Origin: an uncultured bacterium
GTDB taxonomy: Bacteria; Fidelibacterota; Marinisomatia; Marinisomatales; JACNKV01
Assembly (NCBI GenBank): GCA_964422145.1
Contig: CAYQZV010000002.1
Coordinates: forward strand, 150,817 to 214,816
Reading direction: 5' to 3'
Length of the DNA stretch: 64,000 nt
Shown: in pieces, positions 44,470 to 54,020 of the stretch
Numbering within the stretch: position 1 is the stretch's first letter
How the letters are laid out: every line of letters begins with the position of its first letter
Program-made: the position numbers and the translations under genes
The notes under the pieces: model-generated
The model's input: only the letters and a program-made list of their open reading frames with translations
What the model was told of the DNA's origin: nothing
Databases searched by the model: none

Positions 44470-45333
44470 TTATGAACTTGGATCCAACTTCGTCCTGAGT
44501 TTTAAGACCATCCCCGGATAGATCACTCCGTCATTTTTCTCTAATTCTTCTTCATTATCCCAATAAACGATGATCCAGGATTTTTCATCTCCGTATGTTT
44601 TCCCGGCGATGGTCCAAAGATTATCTCCCTCTTGAACACTGTACTCATTGAACGTAGGGCTGGTTTTCTTAATCTCATCAGCAGGTTTTTTCATATCCAG
44701 AAAATGGTACGGATAGATCAGGTTTGGGTTTTCTCCGATCTTTTCTCGATTCCATTGGTAGATATCTTTCCATCGTTTCCAGTCTCCGTATTCTTTTTTG
44801 GCAATACGGAACAGATAATCTCCTGGAAGAATCATGTATTCATCCCATCCGAAACTTGGCACAACCGGGACCGGCTCGCTAATTTCAGCAACTTCGGTAA
44901 CCACCTCCGCGGATGTAAATAGATCTGAATCTTTCGCTGTAACAGTTTCAACGTGAGTCTTTGTTACAGTATTGTTTGATTCAATTTCTTCAACCAATGC
45001 GGGGGTTGCTTTTTCAACAAGAGAAACTGAAACAGGGTTCGTTACTTTTGCTTCAAGCGTTTTTGATTCAACCGAAATGGGTTTTGGAATCTCAGTTTCT
45101 TTGTTAAGAACAGGCGTTGGTTCAATCACATCTTCGGTTTTGACTGAAATGGTGTTCATCTTCGGTTCAGAACCGGAAGTCAAATCCAGTCGCTGAGAAT
45201 TGGAATCAAGTAATGATGTTGAAAGTGGTTTGGGGGATTCGACATTGATATCCGGTGCGGTCTGAGTCCCGCAGGATGTGAATAACATCGCAGCAGATAT
45301 CAGCATCACTAAAATTAAATTGGTACGGCGCAT
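44470..45333 (-). CDS. lipoprotein with two C-terminal LysM domains
   Basis: Signal/lipobox MLFTSC. LysM-like YMILPGDYLFRIAKKEYG... and YSVQEGDNLWTIAGKTYG.... Confidence 0.8.
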   Translation of the reverse strand: MRRTNLILVMLISAAMLFTSCGTQTAPDINVESPKPLSTSLLDSNSQRLDLTSGSEPKMNTISVKTEDVIEPTPVLNKETEIPKPISVESKTLEAKVTNPVSVSLVEKATPALVEEIESNNTVTKTHVETVTAKDSDLFTSAEVVTEVAEISEPVPVVPSFGWDEYMILPGDYLFRIAKKEYGDWKRWKDIYQWNREKIGENPNLIYPYHFLDMKKPADEIKKTSPTFNEYSVQEGDNLWTIAGKTYGDEKSWIIVYWDNEEELEKNDGVIYPGMVLKLRTKLDPSS

Positions 45334-45431
45334 GATTTAATTCCTTATGATTATTAAGATTTTTTTATGTTTTGTGAGGGAAGAAGTTCCAAAGATTTTA
45401 TTTTATCTCACAAACGGAAAAAATAGAATAA

Positions 45432-46016
45432 TCAAATATAAATGAAAAACCGAGTCAGTTGAAAATAGGTTAACAAAACACCGAGGATATTTCCGACCAG
45501 AATCTGATGAAACGAATGTGCATTCAGGTGGATCCGGGCAGCTGAAACAGCAAAGATCGCAACCACCATAAGGGCAGGCATATGAATCCCGTAAAGCCAT
45601 AATGCGGTCATCAATCCTGCAGTACTCATTGCATGGATGGATATTTTCCAATACCGTGTGATGATCAAGATCACGCCGGTGTTCGTCACAAATACAAATG
45701 TCAACCCCCGGATAATGGGTTCGGCTTGGACATAACTCAGAATAACGAACGCAATCAATGCGAAAATCACAGCGAATCTCAGTGGGATCAGGCGTTCGGT
45801 TTTATCCGAAACTACCATGTCTGAAACCCAGTTGTATTTTAATAATATGAGCAAGGTTGCGATCGGCAGAATACTTAAAAACAGAATGACCGTGAGAAAA
45901 TTCCATGACGCCGCTGGATGGATCACATCCTGTGAAAAGATGAGAAACCCAAAAATACCGATACAAAACAGCATCGGATGAAATATAAATGAAATCAGAT
46001 GAGACAGTTTCGTCAA
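45432..46016 (-). CDS. polytopic membrane protein, PAP2-like C-terminal motif
   Basis: Six hydrophobic helices. SIHAMS and AARIHLNAHSFHQILVG resemble PAP2 motifs 2 and 3. Confidence 0.4.
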   Translation of the reverse strand: MTKLSHLISFIFHPMLFCIGIFGFLIFSQDVIHPAASWNFLTVILFLSILPIATLLILLKYNWVSDMVVSDKTERLIPLRFAVIFALIAFVILSYVQAEPIIRGLTFVFVTNTGVILIITRYWKISIHAMSTAGLMTALWLYGIHMPALMVVAIFAVSAARIHLNAHSFHQILVGNILGVLLTYFQLTRFFIYI

Positions 46017-46042
46017 TTTAATTACATCCTGATTTGGGTGGG

Positions 46043-47542
46043 TTAAACTGAATGAAATTCACCGAATATCTCTCTCAGTGATTGAGATATTTCTCCCACG
46101 GTGCAGTTTGCTCGAACACAATCCAGAATGAACGGCATCAGATTATCATTGATGGATGCGGCATGTTTCAATGCATCTAATGCGGAAGCTGCCGAATGAT
46201 TATCGCGGTTTTTCTTAAATCTATTTAATTGATTCAAATGATTTTCAACCATGTTTTGGTCAATCTTCAACAGTGACGGTTCCACATTGTCTTCATCATC
46301 CTGAAACTGATTCACACCTACCACCACTTGTTTTTTTGAATCCACATTCTGCTGATATTGGTAAGCACTTTGAGCGATTTCATTTTGAATCCAACCGGAT
46401 TCAATCGCTTTCACGGCTCCGCCCATTTGATCAATTTCTTCGATGAGCGTCATCGCCTCGGACTCCAGCTCGTCGGTTAATTGTTCGATCACATAACTTC
46501 CCGCCAGCGGATCCGGATAATCAGTCACACCGGATTCATGTGCGATGATTTGCTGGGTGCGCAAGGCTAATTTTGCCGCGTCTTCCGTCGGCAGAGATAA
46601 TGCTTCGTCCCGACTGTTTGTATGCAGGGATTGCGTCCCGCCGAGGACGGCAGACATCGCCTGAATCGTTGTTCGAACCACATTGTTATCAATTTGTTGA
46701 GCCGTCAGAGTCGAACCGCCTGTTTGTGTGTGGAAGCGGCAAATCATCGCTTTTTCATTTGTAGCGTGAAAACGATGTTTCATGGTTTTCGCCCAAATTC
46801 GCCGTGCCGCTCTGAATTTTGCGATTTCAGTCAACAGATCATTATGCGCATTGAAAAAGAATGAAAGGCGTGTACCAAACCGATCAACATCAAGCCCGGC
46901 TTCTATGGCATTCTGCACGTAGGCAATTCCATTAGCGATCGTAAAGGCTAACTCCTGAGCGGCAGTACTCCCTGCTTCACGAATATGATACCCTGAGATG
47001 GAAATTGTATTCCATTTTGGTACGTGTGTGTCGCAAAATTCGAAAATGTTACGGATCAACCTCATTGACGGTTCCGGAGGATAGATATAGGTTCCTCTGG
47101 CAACATATTCTTTCAAAATATCATTTTGGATCGTACCCCGCAATTGATCCGGTGAAACATTCGTTCGTTCTGCCAGCACAATGTACATTGCCAATAGAAT
47201 CGGTGCAGTGGAGTTGATCGTCATTGAGGTTGACACCTGATCCAGTGGGATATCCTTGAACAAGGTTTCCATATTTTCAATCGAAGATATAGGGACACCG
47301 ACTTTGCCGACTTCACCCGCTGCCATTGGATCATCGGAATCATATCCGATTTGAGTGGGCAGATCAAAGGCGACGGAAAGTCCGCTTACGCCCTGTTCTA
47401 ATAAGTAGCGATATCGTTTATTGGTTTCTTCTGCTGAAGTGAAACCGGCGTATTGACGCATCGTCCAAAGACGTTTTTTATACATCTCTGCATAGACGCC
47501 TCGCGTAAACGGGAATTGACCGGGTTTTTCAATGGGTGTCAT
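46043..47542 (-). CDS. methylmalonyl-CoA mutase family, large (catalytic) subunit without B12-binding domain
   Basis: [11 protein letters not shown]...[19 protein letters not shown] and SMTIN motifs. At 499 aa it ends before the cobalamin-binding domain. Confidence 0.88.
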   Translation of the reverse strand: MTPIEKPGQFPFTRGVYAEMYKKRLWTMRQYAGFTSAEETNKRYRYLLEQGVSGLSVAFDLPTQIGYDSDDPMAAGEVGKVGVPISSIENMETLFKDIPLDQVSTSMTINSTAPILLAMYIVLAERTNVSPDQLRGTIQNDILKEYVARGTYIYPPEPSMRLIRNIFEFCDTHVPKWNTISISGYHIREAGSTAAQELAFTIANGIAYVQNAIEAGLDVDRFGTRLSFFFNAHNDLLTEIAKFRAARRIWAKTMKHRFHATNEKAMICRFHTQTGGSTLTAQQIDNNVVRTTIQAMSAVLGGTQSLHTNSRDEALSLPTEDAAKLALRTQQIIAHESGVTDYPDPLAGSYVIEQLTDELESEAMTLIEEIDQMGGAVKAIESGWIQNEIAQSAYQYQQNVDSKKQVVVGVNQFQDDEDNVEPSLLKIDQNMVENHLNQLNRFKKNRDNHSAASALDALKHAASINDNLMPFILDCVRANCTVGEISQSLREIFGEFHSV

Positions 47543-47569
47543 AACTATAATATCTCACATGAAGAAAGA

Positions 47570-48313
47570 TTAAATCGCCCTTTCTTTTTTGATGTTTTGA
47601 TAGGCTTCATTGACTGCTTTGAATTTTTCTTCGGCAAATAAACGGAATTCCTCACCGAGATGAGTAACTTTATCCGGATGATATTTACTCGCCATATGCC
47701 GATAGGCTTTTTTAATCTCTGTGTCCGATGCGCTTGATTCAATTTCTAAAATCTTATAATCTGCGTTGGTGTCTTTCACGAACATGGATTTGATGGATGT
47801 AAAATCCTGTTCATTCACGTTTAGGTATCGTGCAATGGTATGAATCACTTTGATCTCATCCGGGTGTATATGTCCGTCAGCCTGTGACAATCCAAACAGG
47901 ATGTGAATGAGTTCCAAACGACTTGGGTGATCCATAGACTGCTGGATTTGTCTACAGACATCTTTCAAAGGATAATCCTGTTTCAGCACATCTTTGAACA
48001 GGGTCATAAAATCCTGGACATCCTGCGGGGCAAATTGTTTTCGCAAAAACTGTTTCACATAATCTAATTCCGATCGCAACAGCTGCCGATCGGCTTTCAT
48101 TACTGCTGCAAAAAGTACAAGGACAGAAACCATGAAATCCCCGCCTTTTGTTTGTGTACGTCTTTGGTTTGAAGCAGGTCCCGTTTGATATCCCGATGTA
48201 TACGGATTGTTTTGATCAAACATCCCTGCTAAAGAATATCCTATAATCGCACCAATGGGACCGCCGAATGCCCATCCAAGACCGCTCCATAATAAACGTT
48301 TTCCTATGCTCAT
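47570..48313 (-). CDS. DjlA-like co-chaperone (TM + TerB-like + J domain)
   Basis: N-terminal TM helix. C-terminal J domain DYKILEIESSASDTEIKKAYRHMASKYHPDK. Confidence 0.8.
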   Translation of the reverse strand: MSIGKRLLWSGLGWAFGGPIGAIIGYSLAGMFDQNNPYTSGYQTGPASNQRRTQTKGGDFMVSVLVLFAAVMKADRQLLRSELDYVKQFLRKQFAPQDVQDFMTLFKDVLKQDYPLKDVCRQIQQSMDHPSRLELIHILFGLSQADGHIHPDEIKVIHTIARYLNVNEQDFTSIKSMFVKDTNADYKILEIESSASDTEIKKAYRHMASKYHPDKVTHLGEEFRLFAEEKFKAVNEAYQNIKKERAI

Positions 48314-48449
48314 TTCCCTGCTCTATTCCTTTTCTGTTTCAACCTATGGCAATTTGATAAAATCATTGGGGTGAATTTACATCATTCGCTGAAAGAGAAA
48401 ACGGGTGGATTTACAGTTTTCTTTTCGAAGATTCAGAGTAAATTCCCGC

Positions 48450-48980
48450 ATGAAAATTCCATGGAAGACACAATTTGGCCTGTGGTTAGATCGATTCTCA
48501 TCTAAAAAAATGCTTGAAGCAAAAGGCGGAGTAGTTTCATCTACCGGCCAAGGAGTAAGGTCTGTCTTATTCATTTTACCTGAAGAAGAAGATTATTTCC
48601 GTGTAGCAGAACATTTTCTTAAATCCATTTCGAACCCCAATATTTCGTTAGCGATCCTTGGGAGACAGCACTTGGAGACTTCCGCTTCACCTTGGTTAAG
48701 AGATTACCTGGTTACTTATTCTGAGTCCGATTTGAATCGATGGGGGCTCCCAACCGCAGAGTTCTCGGATACAATTACCGATGAATTTGATGCTGTCGTG
48801 GATATGTCACCAAGGTTTCACCCTGTGTCATCGGTGCTCACACGAAATTCGAATGCGCCGCTGCAGATTGGGCTGAGTCATTCATATTCAGATAGCTATT
48901 TTAATATCATTATTAAAAAAAATCGAACTGATTCCCTTGAAAAAACGTATAAAAATATTCAACAATTACTGGGCTTATGA
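48450..48980 (+). CDS. hypothetical protein
   Basis: The start is moved to MKIPWKTQ. ATGA overlap with the next gene. No family recognised. Confidence 0.5.
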   Translation: MKIPWKTQFGLWLDRFSSKKMLEAKGGVVSSTGQGVRSVLFILPEEEDYFRVAEHFLKSISNPNISLAILGRQHLETSASPWLRDYLVTYSESDLNRWGLPTAEFSDTITDEFDAVVDMSPRFHPVSSVLTRNSNAPLQIGLSHSYSDSYFNIIIKKNRTDSLEKTYKNIQQLLGL

Positions 48981-50176
48981 AAAAACTATACATCTTTGAA
49001 AATCACTTAGCGCTTGACCTGTCTCCGCTCACACTCAACCGCCCAGCGTTTGACTTACGCTGTGGAGCATTTACGATGCTCGATCGGGTTCAAAGAATGA
49101 AACATACACATGATGTATCACTCATCGTACGACGTGAGATTGAGGGCGTAACCCGAGAAAATTATCCGGACTTAAATGTGAATCCCGATGCAGTGGATGA
49201 TGGAATTTGGCTTCTGGGAAATGTGTTGTGGACAGAAGAAGATTTATTTGAAATTGAGACATCCGTTAATACTTTGTTTTATGATCGCGACAAAACACTT
49301 ATTGCTGCAAATCTTGCTGCTGAATCCGGAAATAAATGGCTGGCAGCCGGAGGGCCGATATCCGGGGGAACTCCTGAGGCAGGAACTGTCAAAGAATTAC
49401 AAGTGAAAGAATTACGTTTTCTGTGGGATTTTATTCATGCGATCCCGGACGTCATGCAGCATGACACGGCTTATTTTCAACACCATAGCATAACCGATCG
49501 TCAGCATTGGGTCCATCCCGAACAAATCTACATTACCAGTCCGGAGCATGTGTCTCCTGGGGCAGTTATCGACGCATCCGGCGGTCCGGTGATCATTGAC
49601 AAAGATGCAAAAATATCTGCTTTTTCGTATTTAAAGGGACCTTTGTATGTTGGGAAAAATACGGAGGTTCATCCGCATTCACACATCAAAGAAAGTGTCC
49701 TCGGTCCCCAAAGCCGGGTTGCCGGTGAGCTCAGCAATGTGATTATCTTGGGATATTCAAATAAAGCGCATGACGGTTTTTTAGGAAATGCCTATCTTGG
49801 AGAATGGGTCAATCTGGGTGCCGGGACGACGAATAGCAATTTAAAGAATAATTATGAATCGGTTGTTGTGAGAGTAAACGATCAAAATGTTGATACAAAT
49901 TCATTGTTCATCGGTTCTTTTATCGGTGATCATACAAAAACAGCGATTGGGACCCTTTTAAATACGGGAACGGTAATCGGGCTCGGGTGCAATATCGTTT
50001 CAAGCGGGTTTCCCCGCAGGGATATCCCGTCATTCCATTGGTGTATTAACGGAAAAATGAAAAAAACATCCCTGGATCAGTTTTTAAAAACAGCTGCTGC
50101 AGTTAAGCAAAGGCGAGGGAAGAATCTTTCAAATGCCGAAAAACAATTATTGACAGCAATTCAAGAGAAATTGTAA
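48977..50176 (+). CDS. putative sugar nucleotidyltransferase with left-handed beta-helix (hexapeptide) domain
   Basis: C-terminal hexapeptide repeats (VLGPQSRVAGELSNVIILGYSNKAHDGFLGNAYLGEWVNLGAGT), GlmU-like. Confidence 0.6.
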   Translation: MKKLYIFENHLALDLSPLTLNRPAFDLRCGAFTMLDRVQRMKHTHDVSLIVRREIEGVTRENYPDLNVNPDAVDDGIWLLGNVLWTEEDLFEIETSVNTLFYDRDKTLIAANLAAESGNKWLAAGGPISGGTPEAGTVKELQVKELRFLWDFIHAIPDVMQHDTAYFQHHSITDRQHWVHPEQIYITSPEHVSPGAVIDASGGPVIIDKDAKISAFSYLKGPLYVGKNTEVHPHSHIKESVLGPQSRVAGELSNVIILGYSNKAHDGFLGNAYLGEWVNLGAGTTNSNLKNNYESVVVRVNDQNVDTNSLFIGSFIGDHTKTAIGTLLNTGTVIGLGCNIVSSGFPRRDIPSFHWCINGKMKKTSLDQFLKTAAAVKQRRGKNLSNAEKQLLTAIQEKL

Positions 50177-50248
50177 TTCGGCCAACAAAGTATTGACGAA
50201 GGCGATTGCTTCGTGTATATTTCCCTCCCATTTTAAAGGAGTTTACGA

Positions 50249-50641
50249 ATGTTAGAAGGTATTATTTGCCCTGTTTGCGAATCTACATTAGAGGAAATAG
50301 ACCTTAAAGAATCGTTGGTTTGTCTTCATTGCAAGGTAGACCTTCGCGATAGAAAATTTTTAGATTTTTTAGAATATCTAATGGCGAATGGTATTGTTGA
50401 AAATCTTGATTTCTTTGATACTGAAGTCTATCAAGAAGATATTGAACGGCTGGATCCCGAAGACGAAGAAGAAGTCGATCCTTCTGAGTATGAAAAACGG
50501 AAGGAGACATTCAGTCTGTACGAAAATGAGATGGTTCAGCAGCAATCCAAAGAAGAGGAAGAAGATATCTCCTACGAAGAATTCAAAGGTATTGAAGAAG
50601 ATTGGGAAGAATTCAACGAGCAAGAAAGTACAAGAAAGTAA
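50249..50641 (+). CDS. zinc-ribbon protein with highly acidic tail
   Basis: CPVC...CLHC, followed by a Glu/Asp-rich C-terminus. Confidence 0.55.
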   Translation: MLEGIICPVCESTLEEIDLKESLVCLHCKVDLRDRKFLDFLEYLMANGIVENLDFFDTEVYQEDIERLDPEDEEEVDPSEYEKRKETFSLYENEMVQQQSKEEEEDISYEEFKGIEEDWEEFNEQESTRK

Positions 50642-50676
50642 CTGATCATTTAACACGTATCACTTAAGAGGTCATC

Positions 50677-50997
50677 ATGGACAACCCAAAACAAAAACCG
50701 CAAATTAAAATTGAGTTGGACGAATCTGTCGGATCAGGTGAATATTCTAACTTCGTTGTCGTTACGCATTCACCGGCGGAATTCGTTATGGACTTTACTC
50801 GGCTTTTACCGGGCGTCCCTAAAGCGAAAGTTCATTCCAGAATTGTTATGGCCCCTCCACATGTAAAATCCTTTTTAAACGCTTTAGCGGATAATATTCG
50901 TAAGTATGAAAGCAAGCATGGTGAGATTAAGTCTCCCGGGCAGGACTCATTTTCCGCATTCGGTATGAAACCGCCAAAGGATACATTACCGAATTAA
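50677..50997 (+). CDS. DUF3467 family protein
   Basis: YSNFVVVTHSPAEFVMDF...VMAPPHVKSFLNAL matches the DUF3467 pattern. Confidence 0.7.
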   Translation: MDNPKQKPQIKIELDESVGSGEYSNFVVVTHSPAEFVMDFTRLLPGVPKAKVHSRIVMAPPHVKSFLNALADNIRKYESKHGEIKSPGQDSFSAFGMKPPKDTLPN

Positions 50998-51600
50998 AGA
51001 ATCCGGGTGCGGAGATTCATCATACCACACCCAATAACGCCCCCGTTTTAATTCCCTCATCTTGAGGATAACCCATAAGGTTAATACTCCCCAAGCGATC
51101 ATATACCCGAATAGTGCGCCGAAAAGCACATCCCCGGGATAATGTACGCCGACATAAACACGACTAAACGCAATAAGAACAGATAATGAAATCAGCCACG
51201 GTTTCCATGGCCGGTAAAAGTAACCGATCACGACGGTCATTGCAAACATATTTGCCGAATGGTTAGAAACAAAACTGTACTTTCCTCCTTTTGGAACTAA
51301 CAAATTAATCAAATCTGTCAGCGTATGAGACGGCCGTATTCTGCCGATCCAGGGTTTGATGATTTGAGCTGCGATACTATCGGTCAACCCAATGACGACC
51401 AGTAAAATGACGACGGTAATTCTTCCGCGTTTTCTTCCAAAGATCAGCAACCATAACAGGAGCAGGCTGCCGGGAATAATCCAATGATCTGAATCTGTGA
51501 TGAGCGGCATTAACCAGTCAAAAAGTGTGTTTGACAGAGTGTTGTTGATCCACAGTAAAATAGATGTATCCAGCTCTGACAGGTGTTGAATGATGCTCAT
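50986..51600 (-). CDS. PAP2 family phosphatase (undecaprenyl-diphosphatase-like)
   Basis: KPWIGRIRP, SNHS and SRVYVGVHYPGD are the three PAP2 motifs. Confidence 0.88.
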   Translation of the reverse strand: MSIIQHLSELDTSILLWINNTLSNTLFDWLMPLITDSDHWIIPGSLLLLWLLIFGRKRGRITVVILLVVIGLTDSIAAQIIKPWIGRIRPSHTLTDLINLLVPKGGKYSFVSNHSANMFAMTVVIGYFYRPWKPWLISLSVLIAFSRVYVGVHYPGDVLFGALFGYMIAWGVLTLWVILKMRELKRGRYWVWYDESPHPDSLIR

Positions 51601-51663
51601 AACGGAGGAAAATTAATCAGGATTGCAGATTAAGAGAAACGGTTTCTCTTTTTGAGAGAAATA

Positions 51664-51692
51664 AAAAAGGCACCCAAAAGGATGCCCTTTTT
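51664..51692 (-). terminator. intrinsic terminator of the 51709-52167 gene
   Basis: On the minus strand, GGGCATCC-TTTT-GGGTGCC (one G-U pair) is followed by TTTTTTATTT. Confidence 0.7.
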
Positions 51693-51708
51693 ATCGATTT
51701 TATTTCCT

Positions 51709-52167
51709 TTATTCTGAAACTATCACATCAGAGAACTCATCTTCCGAAACCTCTGTTTCATTGTTTATCGCAAGTGAGTCGATCGTTTCATCACTCGCGA
51801 GTTCGTCTGTTGGTTCCTCTTCCAGATAATTGGTTCGATATTCTTGTCCATTCCAGTAAAAAGTCTGTCCGGGACCTAGCAATGATCTTGCCTCGGCAAA
51901 CGCTTCATCAAATGACGGGATGATCGGTTCAGCGGCTTTTTCAAATTTGTCCGCAACCGGTTCTTCTAGCGTGAACTCTTCAAAAACAGGGGGTTCAAAC
52001 TCCACAGGTTTTTCAACGGTCGTTTCAACAGAGTACACCTCAACCGGATCATCGACTGTCAGCACTGTTTCTTCATTCGGGGTTAATACGTTATAAAGGA
52101 TGCTGCCGACAACGACAACACCTAAGAATAAGGTAATACCTAATACATTATTCTCTGTTTTTTTCAT
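51709..52167 (-). CDS. membrane-anchored acidic protein, function unknown
   Basis: One N-terminal TM helix, then a Glu/Pro/Val-rich region. AAGGAG SD. Confidence 0.6.
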   Translation of the reverse strand: MKKTENNVLGITLFLGVVVVGSILYNVLTPNEETVLTVDDPVEVYSVETTVEKPVEFEPPVFEEFTLEEPVADKFEKAAEPIIPSFDEAFAEARSLLGPGQTFYWNGQEYRTNYLEEEPTDELASDETIDSLAINNETEVSEDEFSDVIVSE

Positions 52168-52172
52168 GGATT

Positions 52173-52288
52173 ATCTCCTTCTTTAAGGGGTTTAAGTGAT
52201 CAACATCTCTCTTACGGATTGGCAAAAGTGAAAGTTCCAAAAAAAATGGCGACACGGATTGTTGATCACTAACCCCAAAGAAGGAGAT
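52173..52288 (-). promoter_or_regulatory. 29-bp imperfect inverted repeat in the 5' leader that pairs with the Shine-Dalgarno of the 51709-52167 gene
   Basis: Arm 52173-52205 pairs with arm 52260-52288 as 12 + 6 + 11 bp with two 2-nt bulges. The SD AAGGAG (52175-52180) lies in the perfect 12-bp segment. Confidence 0.6.
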
Positions 52289-52349
52289 TTAGCGGGTTCC
52301 GTGCCGCCCTTTGATAGAAATTACAATAATCTAAGCAATTTTCCGAGAA

Positions 52350-53027
52350 CTACAGTAGCTGATTATCAGCAAAGGAGTAGTAATCATTTCCAGCAATAAT
52401 AATATGATCGTGAACGGAGATATCGATCGCCCGTAATGCATCTTTCAATTTAGTAGTGATGGCAAGATCATCTTTGCTCGGGTTCAGAGACCCACTGGGA
52501 TGATTATGGACAAAAATCAACGCAGCCGCATTTTCTGCCAGTGCTTTTTTCACCACTTCACGCGGATAAACTGCCGATGTGGATAATGTTCCTTCAAACA
52601 ATTCTTCCATTTTTAATATTTGGTTTTTACCGTTCAAATAGATGACCATAAAGATTTCACGATTTTTATCCCGAAGGTTGTGGATTAAAAACGTCACCAC
52701 ATCTTCTGCATGTTTGATAAAATCTTTTCCGATAACGCGGTCGGATAAATATCGTCTAGCGACGGCCTGAGTAATTTTCAATCCGAATATATTATTTTCA
52801 CCCACGCCTTTTATTGCCTGAAGCAATTTAGGTTCTGCTTCTAATACCGCTTGCAATGAACCAAATTTTTTCACCAACGCTTTTGCCGACGGCTTACAGT
52901 CTTTTCTGGGGGTGCCGAGTGTTAATAATAATTCAACGATCTCATACTCATGAAATCCATCCAACCCATTTTCAAGAAATCTCTTCCGTAATCGCTGACG
53001 ATGACCTGAATGATCTGATTCGGGCAT
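52350..53027 (-). CDS. radC: RadC-family JAB-domain protein
   Basis: HNHPSGSLNPSKDD JAMM-like motif and an N-terminal HhH-like region. Confidence 0.9.
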   Translation of the reverse strand: MPESDHSGHRQRLRKRFLENGLDGFHEYEIVELLLTLGTPRKDCKPSAKALVKKFGSLQAVLEAEPKLLQAIKGVGENNIFGLKITQAVARRYLSDRVIGKDFIKHAEDVVTFLIHNLRDKNREIFMVIYLNGKNQILKMEELFEGTLSTSAVYPREVVKKALAENAAALIFVHNHPSGSLNPSKDDLAITTKLKDALRAIDISVHDHIIIAGNDYYSFADNQLL

Positions 53028-53039
53028 AGGGTTTACATT

Positions 53040-54020
53040 TCAATTATTATTTAAAAATACACTCTCAAATTTAGTTTTAAACTCTTGAAGTTCAAAGACG
53101 TTACCAGTCTCAATTTCCCCGGCATTCCATTTAATCTGAAAATCTTCTTGCGAATCCTTTCCGCCATTTGTTTGGTAGACGTGGAATAACTCATCTTCAG
53201 ACTGCGGTTTGATTTTATGCATACTGGCAACAATTCTGTAAACAATATCTTCATACATCTCTGCTGCGATCGACGGCGAAATATTTTTTGATAAGACGTT
53301 TTTCTCAAGATCAGATAAAAACATTCCGTTCAATCCGTAATCCTCAAAGGCTTCGTAAGCAATCGGAGCAACCTTTTTCACAAATTCTGCCATTGCATCG
53401 GCAAAAACCCTGATTTCATACTGGGCATGCGAATCCATTCTCAATCTTAAGAAGTGAAGCGTGTTATGAAGATCATTCTTCCAATACCATTCCGTATACA
53501 AATTGACCGGCAGGATTGACCGCGCCAGCTCTCGTGCAATCCCTGCATCATTGAGTTCCTGATAAATTTGAAACGTCCGATCTGATATTTCTTCAAAATA
53601 CTGAACGACTTTTTCTTTCAGTTCATTTGGGACAGTTTCCGAATCCCTGCCCTGTTTATTAAACTTACTTTGAAAATGAATATCTTTTAGCTCAGGGATG
53701 TAAAAATCTTCTCTCGCCTCTGAGTATCGAAGGCTGTATTCATTGATATTTGCTGTTCGGTGGCGAACCCACTGTCTTGCAACAAAAATGGGCATTTTAG
53801 CATGGAATTTCAATTCGACCATCTCAAACGGTGTCGAATGACGGTGGCGGAGTAAATAACGGATCAATCCTTTATCGCGACTGACTTTTGTTGTCCCTTT
53901 TCCGTAGCTGACTCGAGCAGCCTGAACGATCGCATCGTCACTGCCCATATAATCTACAAGCCTGATAAATCCTTTGTCTAAGCAGCGAATTGCGCCTTCC
54001 GGATAATGTATTTTATTCAT
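53040..54020 (-). CDS. thyX: flavin-dependent thymidylate synthase ThyX with ~90-aa C-terminal extension
   Basis: RHRTANINEYSLRY matches the ThyX motif RHRx7SxRY. The start is chosen at MNKIHYPEG (an alternative ATG is at 54032). Confidence 0.9.
   Translation of the reverse strand: MNKIHYPEGAIRCLDKGFIRLVDYMGSDDAIVQAARVSYGKGTTKVSRDKGLIRYLLRHRHSTPFEMVELKFHAKMPIFVARQWVRHRTANINEYSLRYSEAREDFYIPELKDIHFQSKFNKQGRDSETVPNELKEKVVQYFEEISDRTFQIYQELNDAGIARELARSILPVNLYTEWYWKNDLHNTLHFLRLRMDSHAQYEIRVFADAMAEFVKKVAPIAYEAFEDYGLNGMFLSDLEKNVLSKNISPSIAAEMYEDIVYRIVASMHKIKPQSEDELFHVYQTNGGKDSQEDFQIKWNAGEIETGNVFELQEFKTKFESVFLNNN

Noticed and set aside
45403-45651. 82-aa minus-strand ORF overlapping the 3' half of the PAP2-like membrane protein gene.
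   Set aside because: It lies in an alternative frame of a longer, TM-rich ORF. It is Cys/Pro-rich with no family resemblance.
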